Shown here in pieces: positions 8,532 to 18,747 of a DNA stretch of 64,000 nt; positions within the stretch are counted from its first letter, which is position 1; every line of letters starts with the position of its first letter. The notes beneath the pieces are model-generated. The model saw nothing but the letters and a program-made list of their open reading frames with translations, was not told the DNA's origin and made no database searches. The DNA is from Candidatus Latescibacterota bacterium (lineage in GTDB: Bacteria > Latescibacterota > UBA2968 > UBA8231). The stretch lies in the NCBI GenBank assembly GCA_965203175.1, contig OZ241867.1, positions 5,952,001-6,016,000 of the forward strand, written 5' to 3'. A program made the position numbers and the translations under genes.

Positions 8532-9917
8532 ATGCGTCCGAACATTCTCTGGATCTGCACCGACCAGCAGCGCTACGATACGATTGGCGCGCTAGGCAAC
8601 GAGCACATCCGCACGCCGAACATCGACCGCCTAATCGGCGAGGGCACCGCGTTTACCCACGCCTTCTGCCAAAGCCCGATTTGCACCCCCAGCCGCGCCA
8701 GCTTCCTCACCGGCATGTATCCGAGCAGCGTCCACGGCTGCACCAATGGCAATGCCTACTGGGCGAGCGCGGCCCCCCTAGTCACCAAGCAGCTAGCCGA
8801 CGCCGCTTCCTACGACTGCGGACTCGCCGGCAAGCTGCACCTAGCCGGTGCCCACGGCCGGATCGAGCCGCGCGGCGACGACGGCTATCGCGTCTTCCAC
8901 TGGAGCCACGACTCGCGCGACCAGTGGCCCGAAGGCCACGCGTACGCCGATTGGGTCCGCACCCAAGGCCGCACCTTAGCCGAGCTGCGCGAGGATCCAG
9001 CCCAGATGCCACCCGCGCTGCACCAGACCACTTGGTGCGCGGACAAGGCCATTGAGTTCATGCGCGAGGAGCGCACCACGCCTTGGCTGATGAGCGTCAA
9101 CATGTTCGACCCGCACGCGCCCTTCGACCCGCCACAAGCGTACTTGGATCGCTACGATCCAGCGGCCCTACCCGATCCGCTGTGGAGCGAAAATGACCCC
9201 CAGGCCCATGCGCAACTCGGTCCGGTGGACGGAGCCGCGTCCATTAGCTTAGACCAAGCCAAGGAAGTCATGGCGGCGTATTACGCCATGATCGAATTGA
9301 TCGACGACAATGTGGGACGCATGATCCAGGCCCTAGAAGAAAGCGGCCAGCGCGAGAATACCCTAGTGATTTTCACGTCGGATCACGGCGAACTGTTGGG
9401 CGATCACCAACTCGTGGGCAAGGGGTGCCGATTTTACGAGTGCTTGGTGCGAGTGCCATTGATCTGCTCCTGGCCGGGACGCGTACAGGAGGGGCGCGTC
9501 TGCGATGCGCTGGTCGAACTAATGGACATTGCCCCAACCTTGCTAGAACTAGCCGAAGTCCCCGCGCCCGAAAGAATGCAAGGGCGCTCGCTGTGGCCCC
9601 TGCTAACCGGCCAAACCCAGACGCACCGCGCCTACGTCCGCAGCGAGTACTACCGCGCCCTAAACCCAGACGTACCAGGCCGGGAGCATCTCCAAGGCAC
9701 CTACGGCACGATGATCCGCGACCAGCGCTACAAACTGGTCTGCTACCACAACCGCGACCAAGGCGAACTATTTGACTTGCAGGAAGATCCAGGCGAGTTC
9801 GACAACCGCTGGGACGACCCAGCCTACGCAGAGGTGCGCTTCGCGCTGCTGAAACAGAATTTCGACGCGCTGGCCCAAGCCGTGGATATTGGCCCCGTGC
9901 AGGTTACGCAGTTTTAG
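8532..9917 (+). CDS. Sulfatase (Cys-type, formylglycine-dependent)
   Basis: RPNILWICTDQQR, CTPSRASFLTG, GKLH, PHAPFD, SDHGE. Confidence 0.93.
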   Translation: MRPNILWICTDQQRYDTIGALGNEHIRTPNIDRLIGEGTAFTHAFCQSPICTPSRASFLTGMYPSSVHGCTNGNAYWASAAPLVTKQLADAASYDCGLAGKLHLAGAHGRIEPRGDDGYRVFHWSHDSRDQWPEGHAYADWVRTQGRTLAELREDPAQMPPALHQTTWCADKAIEFMREERTTPWLMSVNMFDPHAPFDPPQAYLDRYDPAALPDPLWSENDPQAHAQLGPVDGAASISLDQAKEVMAAYYAMIELIDDNVGRMIQALEESGQRENTLVIFTSDHGELLGDHQLVGKGCRFYECLVRVPLICSWPGRVQEGRVCDALVELMDIAPTLLELAEVPAPERMQGRSLWPLLTGQTQTHRAYVRSEYYRALNPDVPGREHLQGTYGTMIRDQRYKLVCYHNRDQGELFDLQEDPGEFDNRWDDPAYAEVRFALLKQNFDALAQAVDIGPVQVTQF

Positions 9918-9928
9918 CGGAGTGCACA

Positions 9929-10831
9929 GTGGCAGTTGCCGACCAGAAAAGGGCTTATCTCTGCGGGTTGGCCGCAGTGCTGCTGTGGTCAACCGTGGCG
10001 TCGGCCTTCAAAATCACCCTTCGCCATATGGACTACGCCGAGTTGCTATTCTGGGCTAGTTGCGCTTCGACAGGAGCGCTCGGGGTGTTAGTCGTCGCGC
10101 AGGGAAAAATAGGTCAGGTACTCAGAAGCCAGCCGACTGACTACGCCCGCTCGCTGGCGCTGGGAGCGTTAAATCCCCTACTCTACTATCTAATCCTCTT
10201 CAAAGCCTACCAACTGCTACCCGCCCAAGAGGCGCAGGCACTCAATTATACTTGGGCGCTCACCCTGACTTGGCTCTCCATTCCACTCTTGGGACAGCGA
10301 ATCGGCCGGAGCGATCTGGCCGCGGGCTTGATCTGTTACGCAGGCGTGCTAGTCATCTCCACGCGCGGCGAAATCTGGACCTTGCGCTTTTCCGATCCAC
10401 TCGGGGTGACCTTGGCGCTGGGCAGCACAGTGATATGGGCCTTCTATTGGATCTACAACACCCGCGACAAGCGCGACCCCGTGGTGCGGCTCTTCCTCAA
10501 TTTCGCTTTGTCACTGCCGCTGACACTCGGCTGTGTCCTGCTGATGGGACAGTGGCGGGCACCTGCTTGGCCGGGTTTGTTGGGGGCGGCTTACATCGGC
10601 CTCTTCGAGATGGGAATCACGTATGTTCTGTGGCAGTGGGCGCTGCGCTATGCAGAAAACACCTCCAGGGTCGGCAATCTAATCTTCATTTCCCCGTTCT
10701 GCTCCCTAGTACTGATTCACTTCGTGCTGGGAGAGGCAATTCGCTGGGCGACCCTAGCGGGCCTCGTGCTCATCGTCGCCGGCTTGCTCTACCAGCAAAG
10801 GGGGGCAAGGGCTCACTCCACCAGCCCGTAG
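9929..10831 (+). CDS. DMT/EamA family transporter
   Basis: About 10 hydrophobic segments in two EamA-like halves. Confidence 0.88.
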   Translation: MAVADQKRAYLCGLAAVLLWSTVASAFKITLRHMDYAELLFWASCASTGALGVLVVAQGKIGQVLRSQPTDYARSLALGALNPLLYYLILFKAYQLLPAQEAQALNYTWALTLTWLSIPLLGQRIGRSDLAAGLICYAGVLVISTRGEIWTLRFSDPLGVTLALGSTVIWAFYWIYNTRDKRDPVVRLFLNFALSLPLTLGCVLLMGQWRAPAWPGLLGAAYIGLFEMGITYVLWQWALRYAENTSRVGNLIFISPFCSLVLIHFVLGEAIRWATLAGLVLIVAGLLYQQRGARAHSTSP

Positions 10832-10895
10832 TGTGGCTCATTGATGCGCCAAACGCCGCACCCTTGGTTTGCTTTTTGTAGCGCGCACGCTACAT
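10776..10895 (+). repeat. 120-bp direct repeat copy 1 (DMT 3' end, AKR-like 3' end, palindrome TGTAGCG-CGCA-CGCTACA)
   Basis: Aligns to 13243-13362 with 6 substitutions by eye. Confidence 0.92.
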
Positions 10896-11197
10896 GCCAA
10901 AGCATACTGGCAGAGTCCACCGGGCCATCATACAGAATGATGCGAACAGGCTACGCCTGAACCTTGATCGATGCTCAGGTGTTCAGTATATTTCGCGTAT
11001 CGTGAGGAACAGGGAGGGAAACGGAATGTCGCCTGATGAATCCAATGCGGTGATACAAAGAAATGGAGAGATTGTTGTTATGACTATTGATGAAGTGCGT
11101 GCGGAGATCATGTCTCTCTTCATATGCTTTTTTCGAAGTTGCCTTCAAAGGTCCGAACAAAGACATCCTCCGATCTAATCTGCGAAAGGAAACAGAC

Positions 11198-12331
11198 ATG
11201 AAAATCGCCGATGTGAAAGCGATGACCTTAAAAGGTTACAAACAGTGGAACTACGTTCAGATTGAAACTGACGAGGGATTGACAGGGATAGGTGAGGCAC
11301 ACCCTGGCGCGGGCATCGCCGAAATTATCCTGCAATTCAAGCAGATACTCGTTGGCGCGGATCCGAGAAATATAGAACCGCTCTACAACCACATGATTGC
11401 CGCAGCGAGTAATCGATACGCAATAGGTTTATCGGCGATTGGCGGAATAGAAACTGCGCTGTGGGATCTGCTCGGAAAAAGCCTTGGGGTGCCGGTCTAT
11501 CAGTTATTAGGTGGGAAGTATCGAGATCGCATCCGACTCTATGCCGATGTAGGGCATGGAAAAGGAAATACCCCAGAGGGTTGGGCACAGCGAGCAAGGG
11601 AAGGCGTTGCAGACGGCTACCAAGCGATCAAATTCGATATTGACAACTCCGCAAACGAACTCAAGCAGGATGCAGTCAACCGAGAATTAAGTACTGCAGA
11701 GTTACAGAAAATGACATCGTTGGTTGCTGCTGCACGAGAAGCTGCCGGTGGTGAGATTGATATCAGCCTTGATTGCCATAGTTTACTTAGCGTTCATTCA
11801 GCGATGAAGCTTTCGGAACTTTTAGAACCATTCGATTTAATGTTTTTGGAGGATCCAGTGCCGAACGATAATGTCGAAGCGATGGCAAAGGTCAGCACTG
11901 CGACTTCTATTCCGATTTGTACCGGTGAGTTCTTATTTCGTAGAGATGGTTTCAGAGAACTGATCCAGACACAAGCCTGCGATATGCTCCATGTTGATGT
12001 ATCTGGAACAGGAGGAATGCTTGAAGCAAAGAAGATTGCGGATCTGGCGGATCTGTATTATCTGCCGTTTGCTGCACACAACATCACATCACCAATTGGT
12101 ATGACGGCAACGGCACACGTCTGTGCCGCCGTGCGGAATTTCATCGTCATGGAACTCCCGTATCATGCCGATCAGGTTGAATGGCGGTGGGATCTCGCAA
12201 TTTCAAACGAACCTCTCCTGCAAGATAATGCGTTTGTGGTGCCGGAGCAGCCGGGATTGGGTGTTGAAATAAATGCAAAAATAGCGAACGAACATCTCAT
12301 GCCCGGATCCGATCATTTTGGCACATCTTAA
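11198..12331 (+). CDS. Mandelate racemase/muconate lactonizing enzyme family (acid-sugar dehydratase-like)
   Basis: ETALWDLLGK, AIKFD, LDCH, FLEDP, TGE, AAHN; RBS AAAGGA before ATG 11198; visibly lower GC than flanks. Confidence 0.9.
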   Translation: MKIADVKAMTLKGYKQWNYVQIETDEGLTGIGEAHPGAGIAEIILQFKQILVGADPRNIEPLYNHMIAAASNRYAIGLSAIGGIETALWDLLGKSLGVPVYQLLGGKYRDRIRLYADVGHGKGNTPEGWAQRAREGVADGYQAIKFDIDNSANELKQDAVNRELSTAELQKMTSLVAAAREAAGGEIDISLDCHSLLSVHSAMKLSELLEPFDLMFLEDPVPNDNVEAMAKVSTATSIPICTGEFLFRRDGFRELIQTQACDMLHVDVSGTGGMLEAKKIADLADLYYLPFAAHNITSPIGMTATAHVCAAVRNFIVMELPYHADQVEWRWDLAISNEPLLQDNAFVVPEQPGLGVEINAKIANEHLMPGSDHFGTS

Positions 12332-12364
12332 ACTTCTCGCCATTTTAGCGATGCAGCGTCAATC

Positions 12365-12388
12365 GGCGCGCTTACAAAGCGCGCCTAC
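12365..12388 (-). repeat. GTAG-type REP-like palindrome
   Basis: GTAGGCGCGCTTTGTAAGCGCGCC on minus strand, downstream of a gene. Confidence 0.6.
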
Positions 12389-12601
12389 CAGTGGATATCT
12401 TGATATTTTGATCTTTGCCATCAATAGCCATAACAATGGCAAGCACTATTACACCAAGTTCACTTCTTCGATTTAATCTAACCGGATCCGCCGCTTTGAA
12501 GCCGTGTAGAACGCTCGGCATCAAGATACCGCCCCAGTCTCGCATCATTACTCGTTGAAACCTTCGAATACCTAGATCCGCGCCCGCGCTACCGCGTTTT
12601 C

Positions 12602-12940
12602 ATGATCCGTGCCGCCAGCGGCGGGGCGGAAAACCTGCACTCATTCATGCGGGAAATCTTCACGAGGCGCGAAGAGGAAGAGGACTTCCTATTCGATCAC
12701 GACCGATGGAAGGAATTGATCGCCGCAAGACTGGGACCGGAAGCGGTCGAGGAATTTACCGACATCATCCTGGATGGTAAGACCATCATCCCGGAGCCCG
12801 ACGCTTTCGGCCCCTGCTTCGAGCGGCAGCCCGCTGTCTTCACCAATGAGGCCGGCGAAGAATTCAGCGGTTTCAAATGGGTCCGAATAGAGTCAATTCC
12901 CGAGCGGATATGCCGCGAAAATGTAACGGCGAAGAAATAA
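12602..12940 (+). pseudogene. Probable C-terminal fragment of a larger protein (peptidase M61-like region)
   Basis: Protein-like composition (IRAASGG..NLHSFMRE...IILDGKTIIPEPDAFGPC); no clear RBS; lies in fragmented DNA. Confidence 0.4.
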
Positions 12941-13242
12941 TCGGGCTATTTGTTAATTAGCGCGTGTGGATCATCATGCAATCACCGCCCGCAGGTGGGC
13001 AACCGCCAGTCGGATCACCTCAGTATCGTCGCACGCATTCAAATCCTTGCCTTCAAAGACCACCGAGACAGCCCCGTTGAAGTCCACAAAGTATAGGAAA
13101 AATGAGGTGCCTTTGGGGGACTCTCGGTCAAGGCGCTGAGCGCACCGCAAGGGTCCGGCAACTCCCGGAGGATCGTTTGCCAGTCCTTCAACCGAACTCG
13201 CAGTACAGTTTGGTTGCCTGTCGGCCCGTATCCGGATCAATA

Positions 13243-13362
13243 TCGCCGGCTTGCTCTACCAGCAAAGGGGAGCAAGGGCTCACTCGACCAGCCCGTAGTG
13301 TGGCCCATTGACGCGCTAAACGCCGCTCCCTTGGTTTGCTTTTTGTAGCGCGCACGCTACAT
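13243..13362 (+). repeat. 120-bp direct repeat copy 2, ending in the probable higBA operator palindrome
   Basis: Near-identical to 10776-10895; ends 7 bp before the toxin ATG. Confidence 0.92.
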
Positions 13363-13369
13363 TCTGCAT

Positions 13370-13708
13370 ATGAACATGTCTCTTAGGACGTTGCGCAATT
13401 ACGTTTCCCCACAAGGGAACGTGCCCTTTGATGATTGGTTGGAGTCTCTCAAAGATAGAAAAGCACGAGCTATCATCCGCAACCGAATTAATCGCGTGCG
13501 ACAGGGCAATATGGGCGATGCCGACTCTCTAGGTGGAGGTGTGTTTGAACTGAGAATCCACTACGGTCCGGGGTATCGCGTGTATTATGGAGAACTGGGA
13601 AGGACGATCGTAATTTTGCTCTGCGGCGGTACTAAACGATCACAACGCCGCGACATTGAACGCGCCAAAGCATATTGGCAGGATTTGAGGAGTCACAGTG
13701 ATGAATGA
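13370..13708 (+). CDS. RelE/HigB family addiction module toxin
   Basis: GNMGD..SLGGGVFELRIHYGPGYRVYY...LLCGGTKRSQRRDI. Confidence 0.92.
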   Translation: MNMSLRTLRNYVSPQGNVPFDDWLESLKDRKARAIIRNRINRVRQGNMGDADSLGGGVFELRIHYGPGYRVYYGELGRTIVILLCGGTKRSQRRDIERAKAYWQDLRSHSDE

Positions 13709-14027
13709 GAAACAGGTTTTGCAACGCACAGTCAGCTATGACGAAGGGCTGCTAAAAGCGCTCAAAGACCCCGAAGAAGCTCGGGCTTACTTGGAAGTCG
13801 CGCTGGATGAGTGTGAAGCAAGCGGCGAGATCGATGGGCTACTATTGGCCCTGCGCGATGTCGCCCAAGCGCAAGGAGGCGTTGGTGCATTGGCAGAGCG
13901 CTCTGGCCTCAACCGCGAACATCTCTATCGCGTGCTTTCAAGTCGCAGCAAGCCGAAGATAGACAATCTGATGGCCATCGTATCGGCCTTGGGGTTTCGG
14001 TTCAGATTGGATTTTGCCGAGATGTAG
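13701..14027 (+). CDS. Addiction module antidote (HigA-like HTH)
   Basis: LLALRDVAQAQGGVGALAERSGLNREHLYRVLS; overlaps toxin. Confidence 0.92.
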   Translation: MNEKQVLQRTVSYDEGLLKALKDPEEARAYLEVALDECEASGEIDGLLLALRDVAQAQGGVGALAERSGLNREHLYRVLSSRSKPKIDNLMAIVSALGFRFRLDFAEM

Positions 14028-14080
14028 AGTTTTATCGGTAAGTCTCACGCCACCGGCCCGTAATCCCACCCTTTACTTCC

Positions 14081-15214
14081 CTACCAGTTCGTATAGGACC
14101 CATCGTCGCGCAGATAGCCGGTGGGTGGCCCATAGTCCTGTGTTGACACGGCATCGAGTGCCGCCTCGTTGAATTCAATGCCAAGGCCGGGGCCTTCGGG
14201 AGGCAAGAGGTACCCAGATTCAAACGGCACCTGCACCGGAAACTCGTCGGTGAGTGAAGACATCGGCGCACGCGGAAGTTCCTGCACACCGACGAGTGAA
14301 GATGCCAAACAGAGATGCAAACAGGCCGCGGTGGAAACCGGCCCGAGCGGGTTGTGCGGTGCCAGATGGATGTAATGCGTTTCGCACCACCCGGCAATTT
14401 TGCGCGCCTCTGTCAATCCACCGGCAATGCACAAGTCAACGCGGCAGTAATCCATCAGATCCTCTTCAATGACTTCCCTGAATGTCCACTTGCTGTCAAA
14501 TTGTTCCCCGACGGCAAGCGGGACGGAGGTCTGTTGGCGCAGCCGCCGGAGACTGGCTGGATTTTCACTCCGCAGCGGATCTTCAACGAAAAACGGATTG
14601 TAGGGGGCAACCCGGTTGCAGAAATCGAGGCTATCCGCCGGATCGAGACGGGTGTGCACGTCCACTAATATTTGGACCTGGTCGCCCAATGCATTGCGCA
14701 CGGCCTCCACCTGTTCAACGCCGTGCTGGATAGCGCGTCTGGGGTCAAACGTCCCTTTATCTGCACCATCAGCCAAACCCCAGCGGACGAATTTCCAACC
14801 GGCCTCATGGGTTTGGCGACAACTCTCGACGAGGGCATCAATCGTGCCGCCACCGTTGTGCGGATAACAGACGACCTTGTCTCGCGTGCGTCCGCCCAAA
14901 AGTTCGTACACAGGCACATTGAGTGCTTTCCCTTTGATGTCCCAGAGCGCGATATCTACGGCACTCACTGCGGCGGATTGGACGACACCGCCGGGAAAGA
15001 AGCCACCGCGGAACATCACTTGCCACAGATGTTCAATTTGGAACGGGTCTGCACCTATGAGAAACGGCTCAAAAGAGCGAATGACTTCGGCCAAGGCGAG
15101 GGAGCGCCGTCTCAATCCTCCTTCACCGAGACCATAGATGCCAGCATCGGTTTCTACCTTCACGAAAAAATAGCCGCTCGATCCAACAAAGGATTTGATC
15201 TTGGTGATTTTCAT
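14081..15214 (-). CDS. Mandelate racemase family, galactonate dehydratase-like
   Basis: DIALWDIKGK, VDVHTR, FVEDP, GEQF, APHNPLGP, DGSYTNW end. Confidence 0.9.
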   Translation of the reverse strand: MKITKIKSFVGSSGYFFVKVETDAGIYGLGEGGLRRRSLALAEVIRSFEPFLIGADPFQIEHLWQVMFRGGFFPGGVVQSAAVSAVDIALWDIKGKALNVPVYELLGGRTRDKVVCYPHNGGGTIDALVESCRQTHEAGWKFVRWGLADGADKGTFDPRRAIQHGVEQVEAVRNALGDQVQILVDVHTRLDPADSLDFCNRVAPYNPFFVEDPLRSENPASLRRLRQQTSVPLAVGEQFDSKWTFREVIEEDLMDYCRVDLCIAGGLTEARKIAGWCETHYIHLAPHNPLGPVSTAACLHLCLASSLVGVQELPRAPMSSLTDEFPVQVPFESGYLLPPEGPGLGIEFNEAALDAVSTQDYGPPTGYLRDDGSYTNW

Positions 15215-15243
15215 AAATTCTCTCATTAATGTTTCGCGTCAGT

Positions 15244-16137
15244 TCACTCCACCGGCCCGTAGTGCGGTCCCCATTGACGGGCTATACCCTTCCCCAAGGC
15301 TAGGAGCGCCTGCTGTTCGCCAGCATCCAACGGCGTGTAGCGCCGCATCCATTCGATGTTCTGCACCAGTTCTTCTTCGTTATAGACTCCAATGACCGCC
15401 AAGTTCACTCCCGGCAATCCCAAGGCATAGCGCAGCGCCCGCTCGCGATCGTCAAAGCCGCTGTTGGCCATCTGCGAGGGCCGGGGGGTGTCGTACTTCA
15501 TGTCGATGGCCCCGCCGTACACTTTCATCGCGACAATGCCAGCGCTCTGGGCGCGAGCCAAAGGCAGGACCACCTCCTCAAAGTTGTAAATGTGGCAGTC
15601 GACGAAGTTGACGGCGAACATACAGGCGTCGATTTCGACCTCGCGCAGGACCTTGGCGGACTTCCAGGGCGCGTGGTGAGCGGTGATGCCGATATAGCGA
15701 GTCCAACCGCGCCGCTGCGCTTCGCGCAAACCGGCAAGAGCACCGTCTTTGGCCAGCACTTGTTCCACGTCTAAGTGGCCCAGCGAGTGGACGTACATCA
15801 AGTCCAAGTGGTCGGTGCCCAAGGTGTCCAAGTTCTTTTCGACGATATCGAGTGCCTCTTGATAGTGAGCCGTGTGGGCCTTGCTGACTAAGAACAGCTC
15901 GTCCCGACGACGGGGAACGACATGGGCGAGCTGACTCTGGGCGCGCTCGTAGCCGGGGGCTGTGTCGATATAGGTAACGCCGAGGTCAATGGCCCGTTCA
16001 AAAAGCGCGACGGCGTCCGCGTCTGCTAAGCCCATGCCGCCAGCGGCCGTGCCCAGGCCGAGCAAAGGAACGTGTTCGCCGGTCTTGCCGAAGGTGGCTT
16101 GCGGCAGGGGAGCTATGTCGATGGAGGCGGTAGTCAT
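15244..16137 (-). CDS. Aldo/keto reductase
   Basis: LGLGT, YIDTAPGY, SKAH, YVHS, VAMKVYGG. Confidence 0.88.
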   Translation of the reverse strand: MTTASIDIAPLPQATFGKTGEHVPLLGLGTAAGGMGLADADAVALFERAIDLGVTYIDTAPGYERAQSQLAHVVPRRRDELFLVSKAHTAHYQEALDIVEKNLDTLGTDHLDLMYVHSLGHLDVEQVLAKDGALAGLREAQRRGWTRYIGITAHHAPWKSAKVLREVEIDACMFAVNFVDCHIYNFEEVVLPLARAQSAGIVAMKVYGGAIDMKYDTPRPSQMANSGFDDRERALRYALGLPGVNLAVIGVYNEEELVQNIEWMRRYTPLDAGEQQALLALGKGIARQWGPHYGPVE

Positions 16138-16287
16138 AATATCTACTCTCTCGGTTGAGGGGATGAGACTTGGGGACAAATCTAACCAAACGGCATGCCG
16201 GCAACAGGGCGTGCTTTGCCCGAAACTTGCCGTTTGGTATGTTAAGCCGACGGATTTCACTAGCACGATAAACGCGAGGAGGACATT

Positions 16288-16647
16288 ATGGTCATTCGCA
16301 ATTGGCGCAACGTCACGCCCGTCGTCGGGCATGAATCCAAACTGATCTGGTCGATCTTCCGCGCCCAAAGCGCGGAGGGGCGAGAAGAGAACGAGGCAGT
16401 ACTCCTAGGTTTTTCTGGACTAACGCTGCATCGCCTGCAAGGGGGACTAGACGGCGATTACCACGAGCACGAGGCCACCGAGCAAGTGTACTACTTCCTC
16501 AGTGGTACGGGACGGATGAAGATCGACGGGGAAATATACGAAGTGCGCGAGGGCGACGCAGTGCACATTCCGCCGAAGGTCAAGCACCAGCTTTCCAACC
16601 CCGGGGACGACTGGGTCGAGCACTTGATCATCAGCGCCCAAGTCTAG
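16288..16647 (+). CDS. Cupin domain protein
   Basis: HEHEATEQVYY...GDAVHIPPKVKH; RBS GAGGAGG. Confidence 0.88.
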   Translation: MVIRNWRNVTPVVGHESKLIWSIFRAQSAEGREENEAVLLGFSGLTLHRLQGGLDGDYHEHEATEQVYYFLSGTGRMKIDGEIYEVREGDAVHIPPKVKHQLSNPGDDWVEHLIISAQV

Positions 16648-16658
16648 GGTAGGCGACA

Positions 16659-17594
16659 TTGCCTGCAACTCCCCTGCTCATGGACGTCGATACGGGCGTC
16701 GACGACGCCCTCGCCCTGCTTTTGGCCCTGTCCTCGCCCGAGGTTGAGTTGCTGGGCGTCTCCACGGTGGCCGGCAACGTGCCGCTGCAGCGGACCACCG
16801 ACAACACACTGCGCCTGTTGCAATGGGCGGGTCGGGACGACATTCCGGTGCACGCCGGCGCAGAGCGGCCCTTGGTGCGGGACGCGGTCGCCGCGGACGA
16901 CGTACACGGCGCGACCGGTCTAGGCGCGGCCCATCTCCCCGAGGCGCGCACCTCCCCAGCGGGCGACGGGGTGGAATTTCTGCTGAGCACCTTGCAGGCG
17001 CGGCCTGGAGCAGTGACTCTCGTCGCCACCGGACCGTTGACCAACTTGGCGCGAGCCGAAGCACAGGTGCCAGGCGTACTGCGACAGGCGCGTCAAGTGG
17101 TAATCATGGGCGGGGCCGTGCGCGTGTCGGGCAATATCACGCCAACGGCTGAGTTCAATTTCTACGCCGACCCACACGCAGCGCGCCAAGTCCTCGCGTC
17201 CGAGGCCGAGATGGTGCTGGTGGGGCTAGACGTCACCGAGCAGATCTGGCTGGAGCAGGCCGCCTTGCAAGCTTGCACCGGGCCACGCGCGGCGTTTTGC
17301 CGTGCAGCGTGTGAGCCGGTGATAGCCTTCGAGTCCGCGCACTACGGATTTGCCGGCATGCACGTGCACGATCCAGTAGCCTTGGGCGCGGCCCTGTGGC
17401 CGCAGCTTTTTCGCACGCAGCAACTGTGGGTGGATGTGGAGACGACCGGGGAACTAACCGCTGGGCAGGTAATAGTTGACCAGCGCGCCTTGGCGAGCGA
17501 TCAAGAGCGGCTGGGGCGGCCCGTAGCGTGCGCGATGGACGTGGAACAGGCCCGCTTTCTCGAACTATTCACCGAACGCGTACTACAGAATTAG
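16659..17594 (+). CDS. Inosine/uridine-preferring nucleoside hydrolase
   Basis: DVDTGVDDA, VHGATGLG, GPLTNLA, AEFNFYADPHAA, HDP. Confidence 0.93.
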   Translation: MPATPLLMDVDTGVDDALALLLALSSPEVELLGVSTVAGNVPLQRTTDNTLRLLQWAGRDDIPVHAGAERPLVRDAVAADDVHGATGLGAAHLPEARTSPAGDGVEFLLSTLQARPGAVTLVATGPLTNLARAEAQVPGVLRQARQVVIMGGAVRVSGNITPTAEFNFYADPHAARQVLASEAEMVLVGLDVTEQIWLEQAALQACTGPRAAFCRAACEPVIAFESAHYGFAGMHVHDPVALGAALWPQLFRTQQLWVDVETTGELTAGQVIVDQRALASDQERLGRPVACAMDVEQARFLELFTERVLQN

Positions 17595-18742
17595 ACCGCG
17601 TCTTGGCGGCCTAAAAAAAGCGGCAGCGGGCACCACTGTTCTAGTGGAGCGGCCGCAGCAGGCAGGGGCAACACAAGCGAGGGCGGCAAGGGGCCACAAA
17701 GCAAGCGCATAGCCGTGAAAGTGTCCATCTGCAGCGCGGGCGCGGCCTCGGTGCGAATGCACTGCGCGTCGTTGTCTCGTACTTCCAGCGCAATCCGACC
17801 GTAGTCCGCAATCTCCACGACGACCGCTCCATCCATCAGGGGCACCAGCGCGGCGCGCGTCTTGAGCAAGGCGTCGAGCGTCGCCGCCCAATCGAAAATC
17901 TGCCAATTGCCCGAACTCGATGCGCTCACACCTTCGCAGAGCTGGGCCAGCTTGGGTAAGAGGCGGCTCCAAGGCGACAACTCGAAACTAGTAGTCCCAT
18001 GGCGCTGCACCCAAGCAGCAGCTATGTCCAGCTCCGGCTCACCTTCATTGACAGCCAACAGTTCAGTGACGCACGTCCGATCGGCCTGGGCCACGAGATA
18101 GCCGATCATGCGGCCGTCGCGCGAGCGAGCCACGTAGGGCCGGTGCCCCCAACTCAGGAGCAAGTTGTAGAAGCGATGCGGAGCGCGCACCCCGCGAAAC
18201 GGCTGGGCGTCGTGCAGACCGATCACGCCTTGCAGGTGCGTGCGATCCTCGCGTTCAAGCGGAAGAAAGTCGATCCCGAAATCGGCTGACCCCAAGGCGT
18301 GGCGCACATTGGTTTGGCTCAGCGTAAGCCGGTAGTACACGCCGCACTTCTCGTAGCCAGAATAGCCGTAGCGCTGGCGCTGCCCCCCCAACCAAGACAG
18401 GTGAAAACCCTCTGCGGGCGCGGCTTGGACGCAATGGGTCATGAGCTGCTGCATATAGCCCCGACCACGGGCATGCGGATGGCAGGAAACGCCGCCGATG
18501 CCGGCCACGCGCAGAGTCGCACCTCCCCATCGGCAATCGAGAGGAAACAACCCGACGATGGCGCGGATGCGGCCGCTTTCGCGCAAGGCAAAGTTCCAAC
18601 TCATCTCCTCTTCCCCGCGCCGATACAGGGCCGGCAAAATGGCCTCAAAATCCCGGGGCGGCGCTTTGCCAAAGGCGAGATTGAGGACGTCGAGGGCCTC
18701 TTCAAAATCCTCGGCGTGCAGTCGGCTAATGGCAGTGGACAC
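17591..18742 (-). CDS. GNAT acetyltransferase (Eis-like) with SCP2-like C-terminus
   Basis: GIGGVSCHPHARGRGYM, RYGYSGYE. Confidence 0.82.
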   Translation of the reverse strand: MSTAISRLHAEDFEEALDVLNLAFGKAPPRDFEAILPALYRRGEEEMSWNFALRESGRIRAIVGLFPLDCRWGGATLRVAGIGGVSCHPHARGRGYMQQLMTHCVQAAPAEGFHLSWLGGQRQRYGYSGYEKCGVYYRLTLSQTNVRHALGSADFGIDFLPLEREDRTHLQGVIGLHDAQPFRGVRAPHRFYNLLLSWGHRPYVARSRDGRMIGYLVAQADRTCVTELLAVNEGEPELDIAAAWVQRHGTTSFELSPWSRLLPKLAQLCEGVSASSSGNWQIFDWAATLDALLKTRAALVPLMDGAVVVEIADYGRIALEVRDNDAQCIRTEAAPALQMDTFTAMRLLCGPLPPSLVLPLPAAAAPLEQWCPLPLFLGRQDAV

Positions 18743-18747
18743 GATGC

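Noticed and set aside
12390-12540. Minus-strand peptides (VLHGFKAA, WQRS) faintly like a RAYT transposase next to a REP
   Set aside because: The motifs are in different frames, short, and there is no HUH motif.
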